From NCBI GenBank assembly GCA_016210205.1, contig JACQUO010000023.1, positions 153,711 through 217,710 of the forward strand: a stretch of DNA of 64,000 nucleotides, written 5' to 3'. Below, piece by piece: positions 38,626 to 48,477 of this stretch (positions are counted from its first letter, which is position 1; every line of letters begins with the position of its first letter). A program made the translations under genes and the position numbers. Origin of the DNA: Chloroflexota bacterium. GTDB taxonomy: Bacteria > Chloroflexota > Dehalococcoidia > JACQUO01. Under the pieces are notes generated by a model that saw only the letters and a program-made list of their open reading frames with translations, was not told where the DNA came from and did not search any database.

Positions 38626-39246
38626 ATGGTCTTAAGTGACCGCACCATCAAAGAGGAAATCGCCAAGAGCCGCATCGTCATTGAGCCTTATGACGAGAAG
38701 ATGGTGCAGCCTGCCAGCGTAGATGTGCGCCTGGACCGTAAAATCCTGGTCTTCCGCAACTCCCGTCGCCCCTATATCGATGTGCGCCAGGAGATGGACG
38801 ACCTCACGGAGATAGTGGAAATTCCGGGGGACAACCCCTTCATCCTCCACCCCGGGGAGTTCGTCCTGGGCAGCACCCTGGAGTGCTTGACCCTGCCCGA
38901 CGACCTGGTCTCCCGCCTGGAGGGCAAAAGCAGCCTGGGGCGGCTGGGGCTCCTGATTCACTCCACCGCCGGCTATGTGGACCCAGGCTGGAACGGCCAC
39001 CTCACCCTGGAGCTCTCCAATGTGGCCAATCTGCCCATCACCCTCTATTACAGCATGAAAATCGGCCAGCTTTCCTTCCACCGCCTGAGCGCCCCTGCCG
39101 AGAACCCCTACGGGTCGCCGGCCCTGGGGAGCAAGTATCAGGGCCAGCGGGAGCCCACCGCCAGCCGCTACTTCCGGGACTATTCCAAGCCAGCCCCGCC
39201 CCAGGCTGGCCGCGCCGACAAAGGCCAAGGCCCCCGGCGGAAGTAG
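38626..39246 (+). CDS. dcd: dCTP deaminase
   Basis: [41 protein letters not shown]. Confidence 0.96.
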   Translation: MVLSDRTIKEEIAKSRIVIEPYDEKMVQPASVDVRLDRKILVFRNSRRPYIDVRQEMDDLTEIVEIPGDNPFILHPGEFVLGSTLECLTLPDDLVSRLEGKSSLGRLGLLIHSTAGYVDPGWNGHLTLELSNVANLPITLYYSMKIGQLSFHRLSAPAENPYGSPALGSKYQGQREPTASRYFRDYSKPAPPQAGRADKGQGPRRK

Positions 39247-39248
39247 CG

Positions 39249-40340
39249 ATGCCGATGGACTACATGGCCCGCGCCCTGGCCCTGGCTCGCCAGGCCCTGG
39301 GCAATGTCAGCCCCAATCCGGCGGTGGGGGCCGTCATGGTCAGAGACGGCCAGGTCATCGGGGAGGGCTGCACCCAGCCCCCCGGGGGCGCCCACGCCGA
39401 GGTCATGGCCCTCAAGGCCGCCGGGCCAGCCGCGCGGGGGGCGGCCCTCTATGTGACCCTGGAGCCCTGCTGCCACAAGGGGCGCACCCCACCCTGCACC
39501 GGGGCCATCATCGCTGCGGGCCTGGGGGAGGTGCACCTGGCCGCCCTCGACCCCAACCCCCTGGTGAACGGCCGGGGGAAGGCGGAGCTCGAGACCGCGG
39601 GTATCCGCGTCCGGGTGGGGGAGCGGGAGGAGGAGGCCCAGGAACTCAACGAGGCCTTTTTTAAATACATCACCACGGGCCTGCCCTTCGTTACCGCCAA
39701 GTTCGCCGCCAGCCTGGACGGGAAAATCGCAACCAGAAGCAGGCAGTCCCAATGGCTCAGCGGCGAGGAGGCGAGGCGCTTCGGCCACCGCCTGCGCCAG
39801 ATTTCCGACGCTGTCCTGGTGGGGGTGGAGACGGCGCTGGCCGATGACCCCCGCCTCACGGCGCGGCTGGGAGGCGAGGGACGGCAGCCCCTCCGAATCA
39901 TCCTGGACAGCCAGGGACGCACCATGCCCAAGGCGCGCCTCTTTCGGGAGCCGGGCCCAGTGCTCATCGCCACTGCGGGCCCCATCCCCCTGCCACGCCG
40001 CCGCGCCCTGGAGAGCGTGGGGGCGGAGGTCGTGGCGCTCCCAGCGGAGGCCGGGCACGTGGCCCTTGCGACCCTCCTGCGGGAGCTGGGACGGCGGCAA
40101 GTCACCTCCCTGCTGGTGGAAGGCGGGGGCACGGTGCTAGGCGCCTTCTTCGATGCGGGGCTGGTGGACCGGGCCACGGCGGTGCTCTCGCCCCTCATCA
40201 TCGGGGGGCGGGAGGCCGTCTCCGCGGTGGCCGGCCACGGCGCGGAGACCCTGGCCCAGGCCTGGCGCCTGGCCAAGGTGCGGACAGAGGTTTTGGGGCA
40301 GGATATTGCCATTTCAGGTAGAATAGTGGGCGAGGGCTAA
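39249..40340 (+). CDS. ribD: Bifunctional diaminohydroxyphosphoribosylaminopyrimidine deaminase/reductase
   Basis: PNPAVGA, HAE, TLEPCCH.GRTPPC, SLDGKIA, LLVEGG; start trimmed to ATG 39249. Confidence 0.96.
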   Translation: MPMDYMARALALARQALGNVSPNPAVGAVMVRDGQVIGEGCTQPPGGAHAEVMALKAAGPAARGAALYVTLEPCCHKGRTPPCTGAIIAAGLGEVHLAALDPNPLVNGRGKAELETAGIRVRVGEREEEAQELNEAFFKYITTGLPFVTAKFAASLDGKIATRSRQSQWLSGEEARRFGHRLRQISDAVLVGVETALADDPRLTARLGGEGRQPLRIILDSQGRTMPKARLFREPGPVLIATAGPIPLPRRRALESVGAEVVALPAEAGHVALATLLRELGRRQVTSLLVEGGGTVLGAFFDAGLVDRATAVLSPLIIGGREAVSAVAGHGAETLAQAWRLAKVRTEVLGQDIAISGRIVGEG

Positions 40341-40344
40341 GGGT

Positions 40345-40974
40345 TTGTTCAGCGGCATCGTGGAAGAGATAGGGACGGTGGCCAGGGCCAGACCTGGACA
40401 TCTCGCCGTCCAGGCCCGCCAGGTTCTAGAGGGCACCAGCCTGGGCGATAGCCTCAATGTGAACGGGGCCTGCCTCACGGTTTCGGCTCTGGCGCCGGGG
40501 GGCTTCTCCGTGGACATCATGGAGGAGACGGCCGGGCGCACCAGTTTGGGCGCGCTGCGGCCCGGCTCGAAGGTGAACCTGGAGCGGGCCGTGAAAGCGG
40601 AGGGCCGCCTGGGGGGGCACCTGGTGCAGGGCCATGTGGACGCTACGGGCAAGGTGGCCTCCGCCACGCCCCGGGCCCGCTCGCGGCTGCTGCGCATCGC
40701 CGGGCCGCCCGAGGTGATGCGCTATGTGGTAGAGAAGGGGTTCATCGCCGTGGACGGGGTGAGCCTCACCGTGGTGGGACGGGACGCCCGCTCCTTCACC
40801 GTCTCTTTAGTGGGCTTCACGCTGGAGCACACCACCCTGGGCCAGAGGCGGCCTGGGGACGGGGTGAACCTGGAGGCGGACATCATGGCCAAATATGTGG
40901 AGCAATACACGAACCCCCAAAAGGGGCTGACCTACGATTTCCTGGCGCAGCACGGATTCGCCGCCAGACGCTGA
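40345..40974 (+). CDS. ribE: Riboflavin synthase (alpha chain)
   Basis: MFSGIVEE, VNGACLTV, VNLERA, GGHLVQGHVD. Confidence 0.96.
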   Translation: MFSGIVEEIGTVARARPGHLAVQARQVLEGTSLGDSLNVNGACLTVSALAPGGFSVDIMEETAGRTSLGALRPGSKVNLERAVKAEGRLGGHLVQGHVDATGKVASATPRARSRLLRIAGPPEVMRYVVEKGFIAVDGVSLTVVGRDARSFTVSLVGFTLEHTTLGQRRPGDGVNLEADIMAKYVEQYTNPQKGLTYDFLAQHGFAARR

Positions 40975-41004
40975 GGGCCACGCCAGGTGGGGAGGACGAA
41001 GACC

Positions 41005-42198
41005 ATGGGACTAGCGACCATTGAAGAGGCCCTGGAGGACATCCGGGCCGGCAAGTTTGTCATCATCGTGGACGATGAGGATCGAGAGAACGAGGGCGAC
41101 CTGGTCATCGCCGCGGAGAAATGCTCGCCGGAGGCCATCAACTTCATGGCCAAGCACGGCCGGGGGCTCATCTGCGTGGCTCTGACCGGGGAGCGCTTGG
41201 ATAACTTGCGCCTCCCCCTCATGGTCCAGGATAACACCTCGCCCTTCGGGACAGCCTTCTGCGTGTCCGTGGAGGCCAAGCACAAGGTGACCACGGGCAT
41301 CTCCGCCCACGACCGGGCGGCCACCGTCCGGGCCCTGCTGGACCCCGCCACCCAGCCCGAGGACCTGACACGCCCCGGCCACATGTTCCCGCTGCGGGCC
41401 CGGGAGGGCGGGGTGCTGGTGCGGGCCGGCCAGACCGAGGCCAGCGTGGACATGGCGCGCCTGGCAGGGCTCCAACCAGCGGGGGTCATCTGCGAAATCA
41501 TGGACGAAGACGGCACCATGGCCCGGAGGCCGCGGCTGGAGGTCTTCTCAGCGCAGCATGGCATTAAAATCATTAGCGTGGCCCAGCTCATTGCCTACCG
41601 GCGGCGGCACGAGAGGCTCATCCAGCGGTTGGCCGAGGCCAAGCTGCCCACCCGTTATGGCGACTTCAAAATCGTGGCCTACAAGAGCACCATCGACCCC
41701 GAGGAGCATGTGGCCCTGGTCATGGGGGACATCACGGGACCTGACCCGGTGCTGGTGCGGGTGCACAGCGAGTGCCTCACGGGGGATGTCTTCGGCTCCC
41801 AACGCTGCGACTGCGGGAGCCAGATTGCCCTCGCCCTGCAGGCCATCGCTAAGGTGGGACGGGGCGTCTTCGTCTATATGCGTCAGGAGGGCCGGGGCAT
41901 TGGCCTGGTCAACAAGCTCAGGGCCTACGGCCTTCAGGATAACGGCATGGACACTGTGGAGGCCAACCAGCACCTGGGCTTCCCCGCCGACCTCCGGGAC
42001 TACGGCATCGGGGCCCAAATCCTGGTCGACCTGGGGCTTGCCAAAATACGCCTCCTCACCAACAACCCCCGCAAGGTCATCGGCCTGGAGGGCTATGGGC
42101 TTCAGGTGATGGACCGCGTGCCCATCGTGGCCCCTCCCCACGAGAACAATGTGGCCTATCTGGAGACCAAGCGCCGCAAGCTGGGCCATATTATGTAA
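41005..42198 (+). CDS. ribBA: DHBP synthase / GTP cyclohydrolase II
   Basis: [41 protein letters not shown]. Confidence 0.97.
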   Translation: MGLATIEEALEDIRAGKFVIIVDDEDRENEGDLVIAAEKCSPEAINFMAKHGRGLICVALTGERLDNLRLPLMVQDNTSPFGTAFCVSVEAKHKVTTGISAHDRAATVRALLDPATQPEDLTRPGHMFPLRAREGGVLVRAGQTEASVDMARLAGLQPAGVICEIMDEDGTMARRPRLEVFSAQHGIKIISVAQLIAYRRRHERLIQRLAEAKLPTRYGDFKIVAYKSTIDPEEHVALVMGDITGPDPVLVRVHSECLTGDVFGSQRCDCGSQIALALQAIAKVGRGVFVYMRQEGRGIGLVNKLRAYGLQDNGMDTVEANQHLGFPADLRDYGIGAQILVDLGLAKIRLLTNNPRKVIGLEGYGLQVMDRVPIVAPPHENNVAYLETKRRKLGHIM

Positions 42199-42240
42199 AC
42201 TGCGGGTCGCGGCCCGCTCATCAAGCTTAAGGAGAGAGAT

Positions 42241-42708
42241 ATGGCAGGAGAGTTCAAAGGCGCCTTCCACGGCCGCGGGCTGCGGGTGGCCATAGCCGTG
42301 TCCCGCTTCAACGAGTTCCTCTCGGGGAAGCTCCTGGAGGGCGCTCGGGATGCCCTGGTGCGCCACGGGGTGGAGGAGAAGGACATCGACATCGCCTGGA
42401 CGCCGGGCTCCTTCGAGCTGCCCCTGGTGGCCAAGAAGCTATGCCAGAAGGGGACTTACCACGCCGTCATCTGCCTGGGGGCCGTCATCCGGGGGGACAC
42501 CCCCCACTTCGACTACCTGTCCGCCGAGGTCACCAAGGGCATCGCCCAAGTGGGGCTGGACAGCGGCATCCCGGTGGTCTATGGGGTCATCACCGCCGAC
42601 ACCCTGGAGCAAGCCATCGAGCGCTCTGGCACCAAGCAGGGAAACAAGGGGTTCGACGCAGGCATGAGCGCCCTGGAGATGGCCAACCTGATGCGAGAGT
42701 TGGGCTGA
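42241..42708 (+). CDS. ribH: 6,7-dimethyl-8-ribityllumazine synthase
   Basis: [24 protein letters not shown]. Confidence 0.97.
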   Translation: MAGEFKGAFHGRGLRVAIAVSRFNEFLSGKLLEGARDALVRHGVEEKDIDIAWTPGSFELPLVAKKLCQKGTYHAVICLGAVIRGDTPHFDYLSAEVTKGIAQVGLDSGIPVVYGVITADTLEQAIERSGTKQGNKGFDAGMSALEMANLMRELG

Positions 42709-42736
42709 AACGGCCCGCCTTCGCCTCTGTGAAATC

Positions 42737-42763
42737 AAAAGCCGCCCCAGCCGGGCGGCTTTT
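42737..42763. terminator. Bidirectional intrinsic terminator
   Basis: AAAAGCCGCCC-CAGCC-GGGCGGCTTTT. Confidence 0.8.
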
Positions 42764-42791
42764 CGTTGGCGTCAGGCCCTTGCTTGGCAGT

Positions 42792-43046
42792 TCAGGCCGT
42801 CACTTTATAGACCTGGTCGCCGCGGCGAACCCGGTCCGGGACCTTAAGCCCCACACTATCCCCCGCCTTGGCTTCCTTCACGGGCACGTTGTTAATCTGC
42901 ATGGACTCCACGGTCATCTCCACATCCGTAGTGTGGCCGGTGATATGGATGCGGTCACCTACCTTGAGGGCGCCGGTGAGGGCGATGCCCGCCACCACGG
43001 GCCGGGCGAAAAAGTCGTTGACCTGGCCAATTTGCACCTCGGGCAT
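42792..43046 (-). CDS. Small EF-Tu domain II-like protein (translation elongation factor-like)
   Basis: IGQV..FF..P.VAGI, LKVGD.IHI.GHTT, V.SMQI, VGLKV..RVR.GD.VYK; ATG 43046 after GGAGG. Confidence 0.8.
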   Translation of the reverse strand: MPEVQIGQVNDFFARPVVAGIALTGALKVGDRIHITGHTTDVEMTVESMQINNVPVKEAKAGDSVGLKVPDRVRRGDQVYKVTA

Positions 43047-43141
43047 GGCTACACCTCCGGAGGCTTTTTCCCAGCTGCTCCCGCCCAGTATAATTCCCCT
43101 CCAAGCCCAAATCAATAGGTGGCGACCGCAATTTGCCACCG

Positions 43142-43307
43142 CCTCATCCCCCTTCCCCCTTCTCCAGATGGAGAAGGGGGAAGAGAAGGGAGCGGGGGAC
43201 ACCCCCGCACCCCTGGCAGGGGGCACGGCCCCCTGCACCCCCAGGGGCTAGAGACTGTGGGCAGGACACCCCCGACTCCCGCCAGGGGGCAAGCCCTCTG
43301 GACTACC
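43142..43307. repeat. Two tandem copies of the palindromic repeat core (copies 3-4)
   Basis: CCCCCTTCTCC..GGAGAAGGGGG hairpin, GGGGGACACCCCCGCACCCCTGG..CCCCCTGCACCCCC and GGACACCCCCGACTCCCG..CCCTCTGGACT. Confidence 0.65.
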
Positions 43308-43335
43308 TTACTTTTGGGGTGGGGACTGGACGCCC

Positions 43336-43384
43336 TTGACACTACCCCATACACCACCTTATAATGCCAGAGAACACCAGTTCT
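43336..43384 (+). promoter_or_regulatory. dinB promoter with LexA (SOS) box
   Basis: TTGACA-18 nt-TATAAT, followed by AGAAC-ACCA-GTTCT at 43371-43384 over the likely start site. Confidence 0.85.
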
Positions 43385-43397
43385 ATTATGTCTCTCT

Positions 43398-44618
43398 ATG
43401 CCACGCCAAATCTTTCACCTCGACCTGGACGCCTTCTTCGTCTCCGTGGAGCAGGCGCTGAACCCTTCCCTCAAGGGAAAGCCCGTGGTGGTGGGCGGCC
43501 AGCCCAGCAGCCGTGGGGTGGTGGCTTGCGCCTCCTATGAAGCCCGGGCCCTGGGGGTGCGCACCGCCATGCCCCTGGCCCAGGCCCAACGTCTCTGTCC
43601 CCAGGCCGTCTTCCTCCCCGGCCAATTCGCCCGTTACCAGGAGGCTACGGAGGGATTCATGGCCATCCTCCGGAACTACACCCCTCAGGTCCAGCCCGGG
43701 GGCAACGACGAGGCCTTCCTGGACTTGACGGGCTTCGAGCCCCTCTATGGCCCGGCGCGCCAGACGGCTCAGACCATCAAGGGACGCATCCAGAAAGAGC
43801 TGGGACTCACCGCCTCCGTGGGCATCGCCACCTCCAAGGTAGTGTCCAAGGTGGCTTCTGACCTGGAGAAGCCCGATGGCCTGGTGGAGGTGGCTCCGGG
43901 CCAAGAGGCATCCTTCCTGGCCCCGCTGGCGGTGGGCCGTCTCCCCATGGTGGGGCCCCGGACGGAGCAGGCCCTGGGGCGCTGGGGCATCGCCACCGTA
44001 GGCCAGCTTGCTTCCCTTCCTCTGTCTTCCCTCCAAAGCTATTTCGGGAAGGCCGGCTTCACCCTCTACCACTTCGCCCGGGGGATTGATGCCAGCCCGG
44101 TGATTTCGGAGACCGCTCCCGCCAAGTCCATCAGCCGCTCCACCACCTTCCCCCAGGACCTCTGGGACCGGCGACTCCTCAAGGCTGCCCTCTACTACCT
44201 GAGCGAGCGGGTGGGGGCCCAGCTCCGACGAGAGGGCCAAGCGGCCCGCTGCGTCACCCTCAAAGTCCGCTACGAGGACTTCCTGACCATCGGCCGCAGC
44301 CGCACCCTGAGGCAGCCCAGCGATGCCCATCAAGCCTTCTTCGCCGCCGCCTGGCCCCTCCTGGAGCAGGCGCTAGAACGCCGCCGCTCGGTGCGACTGG
44401 TGGGCATCGGCGTCTCCCGCCTCACCGAGGGGGAACACCAGGCCCTCCTATGGCCAGACCCTGGGGAGCGCGTGCGCCACCTCAACCAAGCGGTAGATTC
44501 AATGCGCCAGCGCTATGGCTTCACGGCCCTCCGAGCGGGGCTGACCCTGCCCCTGTCCCAACTTTACCCTGAAGACCAGGGCGGCCTGGTCCTCCAGACA
44601 CCCTGCCTCTCCCGCTAG
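43398..44618 (+). CDS. dinB: DNA polymerase IV (Y family)
   Basis: HLDLDAFF.SVE, SYEAR, DEAFLD, SDLEKPDG, little-finger domain. Confidence 0.95.
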   Translation: MPRQIFHLDLDAFFVSVEQALNPSLKGKPVVVGGQPSSRGVVACASYEARALGVRTAMPLAQAQRLCPQAVFLPGQFARYQEATEGFMAILRNYTPQVQPGGNDEAFLDLTGFEPLYGPARQTAQTIKGRIQKELGLTASVGIATSKVVSKVASDLEKPDGLVEVAPGQEASFLAPLAVGRLPMVGPRTEQALGRWGIATVGQLASLPLSSLQSYFGKAGFTLYHFARGIDASPVISETAPAKSISRSTTFPQDLWDRRLLKAALYYLSERVGAQLRREGQAARCVTLKVRYEDFLTIGRSRTLRQPSDAHQAFFAAAWPLLEQALERRRSVRLVGIGVSRLTEGEHQALLWPDPGERVRHLNQAVDSMRQRYGFTALRAGLTLPLSQLYPEDQGGLVLQTPCLSR

Positions 44619-44682
44619 TTGAAGAGCCTCCCCCCCGATGCTATACTGGCCCCCAGCCTGGAAAGAGCGCAGAGTGAAGCCA

Positions 44683-45606
44683 ATGTCTGCAACCGTAACG
44701 GTGCGAGTCCCCGCCACCGCGGCCAACCTGGGCCCCGGGTTCGACTGCCTGGGCCTGGCCCTGGAGCTGCATAATACTGTGTCTCTTGCCCCCGCCCGGA
44801 GGGCCACCATCTCCGTCGCGGGGGCCGGGGCGGAGAGCTTGCCCCGCAGCCAAGACAACCTGGTCTTCCGCGCGGTGGCCGCCGTCTATAACAGGGTGGG
44901 CCAGCCCGTGCCGCCGCTGCGGCTTCACTGCCAAAACAACATCCCCCTGGGACGAGGGCTGGGGAGCAGCGCCGCCGCCACCGTGGGGGGCCTGGCCGCC
45001 GCCAACCACCTGCTGGGCCAGCCCCTCTCCCAGGAGGTGCTCCTGGCCCTGGCCGCCCAGCTAGAAGGACACCCAGACAACGCCGCCCCGGCCCTGCTGG
45101 GAGGCTGCCAGGTGGTGGTCAAGGATGGCGAGGCCTTCCAGACTGTCTCCGTCCCCTTGCCCGCCAGGCTCAAAGCTATCCTTTTCATCCCCGACTTCGA
45201 GATGCCCACGGCCCAGGCCCGGGGCCTCCTGCCACCCCAGGTGAGCCGGGGGGACGCGGTGTATAATATCGGGCGGGCGGCCTTGCTGGCGACAGCCCTG
45301 GCCACGGGCAAGCTGGAGTTGCTTCGGACAGCCACCCAGGACCGGCTGCACCAGGAGGCCCGCCAGGCCCTCTTCCCCGCCATGCCTTTGCTCTTCCAGG
45401 CGGCGCTGGAGGCGGGGGCCCTGGGGGCCTGCCTCTCCGGGGCCGGGCCCACGGTGCTGGCCCTGGCCACCCAAAAGGGCCAGGCCATCGCTCGGGCCCT
45501 GGCGGGGGCGGCGCAGAGGGCGGGCCTCGCGGGGCGCACCCTTGAGGTAGCCCCCAGCTCCAGAGGAGTCCACCTTACCTCAGCAGAGGAGGACAAAGCC
45601 AGATAG
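44683..45606 (+). CDS. thrB: Homoserine kinase
   Basis: VPATAANLGPGFD, PLGRGLGSSAA, EGHPDN, DRLHQ, SGAGPT. Confidence 0.96.
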   Translation: MSATVTVRVPATAANLGPGFDCLGLALELHNTVSLAPARRATISVAGAGAESLPRSQDNLVFRAVAAVYNRVGQPVPPLRLHCQNNIPLGRGLGSSAAATVGGLAAANHLLGQPLSQEVLLALAAQLEGHPDNAAPALLGGCQVVVKDGEAFQTVSVPLPARLKAILFIPDFEMPTAQARGLLPPQVSRGDAVYNIGRAALLATALATGKLELLRTATQDRLHQEARQALFPAMPLLFQAALEAGALGACLSGAGPTVLALATQKGQAIARALAGAAQRAGLAGRTLEVAPSSRGVHLTSAEEDKAR

Positions 45607-45608
45607 CC

Positions 45609-46826
<1,218 letters not shown>

Positions 46827-46907
46827 CGCCCCGCCTGAATTCAGGCTAAAAAAGAACCAGGGAGACGGGAGACCGTCCCCCTGGGCTATTTCCCTGGCTT
46901 CGCCAGC

Positions 46908-47126
46908 TTATACCGCCAGAACCTCTTTGACCTCCGGCAGCTGCTCCTTGAGGAAGCGCTCGATGCCGTACTTGAGGGTCTGGGTGGACATGGGACAGCC
47001 GCCGCAGGCTCCTACGAGCCGCACGGACACTACCCCGTCGCTGACATCCACGAGCTCCACATCGCCGCCGTCGGCGATGAGGTAGGGGCGAATTTGTTCC
47101 AGAGTGGCTTCGACTTTCTCTTTCAC
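46908..47126 (-). CDS. NifU/Nfu-type Fe-S carrier (C-terminal domain only)
   Basis: IRPYL.ADGGDVEL, GACGGCPMS. Confidence 0.93.
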   Translation of the reverse strand: MKEKVEATLEQIRPYLIADGGDVELVDVSDGVVSVRLVGACGGCPMSTQTLKYGIERFLKEQLPEVKEVLAV

Positions 47127-47236
47127 TAGAGCCTCCTTGGGCCTAACTTGCTTTCTCTACTTGCCTAGTAGGAACTGCTTTTACCAGCTAACTTTACCAG
47201 AATAGCCCCCCCTTTGTCAAAGGTTTGCCACAGGCA

Positions 47237-47287
47237 GATACCCCCCCAGACCCCTGGCAGAGGGACTTCGCCCCTCTGCACTCCCCA
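47237..47287. repeat. Palindromic repeat core (copy 5)
   Basis: CCCCCCAGACCCCTGGCAGAGGGACTTCGCCCCTCTGCACTCCCC. Confidence 0.6.
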
Positions 47288-47307
47288 GCGCCAGGCAGGC
47301 GGGTATT

Positions 47308-47643
47308 CTAAAATCGCACAGACCGCACGGGGCGGATATCTCGGGGCACAATCCCGAAGTCGCCGGCGGCACCCAGGGGGCGGGAGACCTCCACCCGCTC
47401 CCCCGCCACCTCGCCCCAGCCGTGAATTACCGGCACCGTGAGCCAACACGGCCCCACCTTGGCCCGAACCAGCCCGAGGCAAACCACCATCCGCGTCGCT
47501 ATCCCCCGCCGTCGGCAGGCCCGCCGGAAGCGAACGGACTTGGTGAGGCAGTCGTTCCAGAGCAGATGATAAGGCTCCTGGCGCAGCCGTTCCGCAATCT
47601 GCTGGATTGCCTCCGGCAGTGAGGGCATGGCCGCTTCAGCCAT
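47308..47643 (-). CDS. Small transglutaminase-like protein resembling lasso-peptide B2 proteases
   Basis: NDCLTKS...GI..RMVV.LG...IHGW.EV.G (Cys-His-acidic pattern); start overlaps mutM stop. Confidence 0.6.
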   Translation of the reverse strand: MAEAAMPSLPEAIQQIAERLRQEPYHLLWNDCLTKSVRFRRACRRRGIATRMVVCLGLVRAKVGPCWLTVPVIHGWGEVAGERVEVSRPLGAAGDFGIVPRDIRPVRSVRF

Positions 47644-48475
47644 TACCATCACCCCCGGGCATCCCCTGGCAACGGGGACAGTAGTAGGCGCTGCGGCCCC
47701 GCAGCCCCAGGCGGGCGATGGCCGCGCCGCAGCGGTAGCAGGGCTGCCCCTCCCGCCGGTGCGCCTGGAGGCAGGAGGCAAACCCGCCGCGGGAGCCGTC
47801 GGGACGGAGGTAGTCCGAAAAGCTGGTGCCGCCGCCGGCCAGGGCCTCCGCCAGGGTGGCCCGGACGGCCCCGTGGAGGGCTGCCGTCTCCGGGGCCGTG
47901 AGGGAGCCCGCGGCGCGCCAGGGGGCCAGGCTGGCCCGGAAGAGGGCCTCGTCGGCGTAGATGTTGCCCAGCCCTGCGATGACGCCCTGGTTCAGGAGGA
48001 CGGCCTTGATGGGGGCCTTCCTGCCCCTCAGTCGTTCCCCCAAGACCCCAGGTGTGAAGCCAGGCTCCAGAGGCTCTGGCCCCAGGCCCCCCAGCACCTC
48101 GGCGGGGTCCAGCACCAGCCACACCGCCCCGAAGCGCCGCGGGTCGGAGAAGCGCAGCTCCAGGCCGCCGCCGAGGAAGAAGACGGCCCGGAGGTGCCGC
48201 AGGGAGGTGAAGGGCGCGGCGGAGAGGAGCAGGGCCCCGGTCATCTTGAGGTGGGCGATGAGAGTTAAGGAGCCAGACAGATGAAAGAGGAGGTACTTGC
48301 CCCGCCGGGAGATGCCGCTTATCTCCTGACCCAAGAGGGCCTGGCTGAACTCCTGGACGAAGAGGCGCTGCACCAAGCGGGGGTCTAGGACCAGGGGAGG
48401 GGCGACGAAGGCCCGCCCCACGATGCGGGCGGCCAGCTCCCCCCGGATGGTCTCCACCTCAGGCAGCTCGGGCAT
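47636..48475 (-). CDS. mutM: Formamidopyrimidine-DNA glycosylase
   Basis: MPELPEVET, RRGKYL, HLKMTG, GLGNIYADE, C-terminal zinc finger CYRC/CPRCQ. Confidence 0.97.
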   Translation of the reverse strand: MPELPEVETIRGELAARIVGRAFVAPPLVLDPRLVQRLFVQEFSQALLGQEISGISRRGKYLLFHLSGSLTLIAHLKMTGALLLSAAPFTSLRHLRAVFFLGGGLELRFSDPRRFGAVWLVLDPAEVLGGLGPEPLEPGFTPGVLGERLRGRKAPIKAVLLNQGVIAGLGNIYADEALFRASLAPWRAAGSLTAPETAALHGAVRATLAEALAGGGTSFSDYLRPDGSRGGFASCLQAHRREGQPCYRCGAAIARLGLRGRSAYYCPRCQGMPGGDGNG

Positions 48476-48477
48476 GC

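Noticed and set aside
38883-39248. 122-aa N-terminal extension of RibD in the ORF track (similar extensions for polA, TPP enzyme, hflK, lepB, AOR)
   Set aside because: These overlap upstream genes or lack homology; better starts lie downstream
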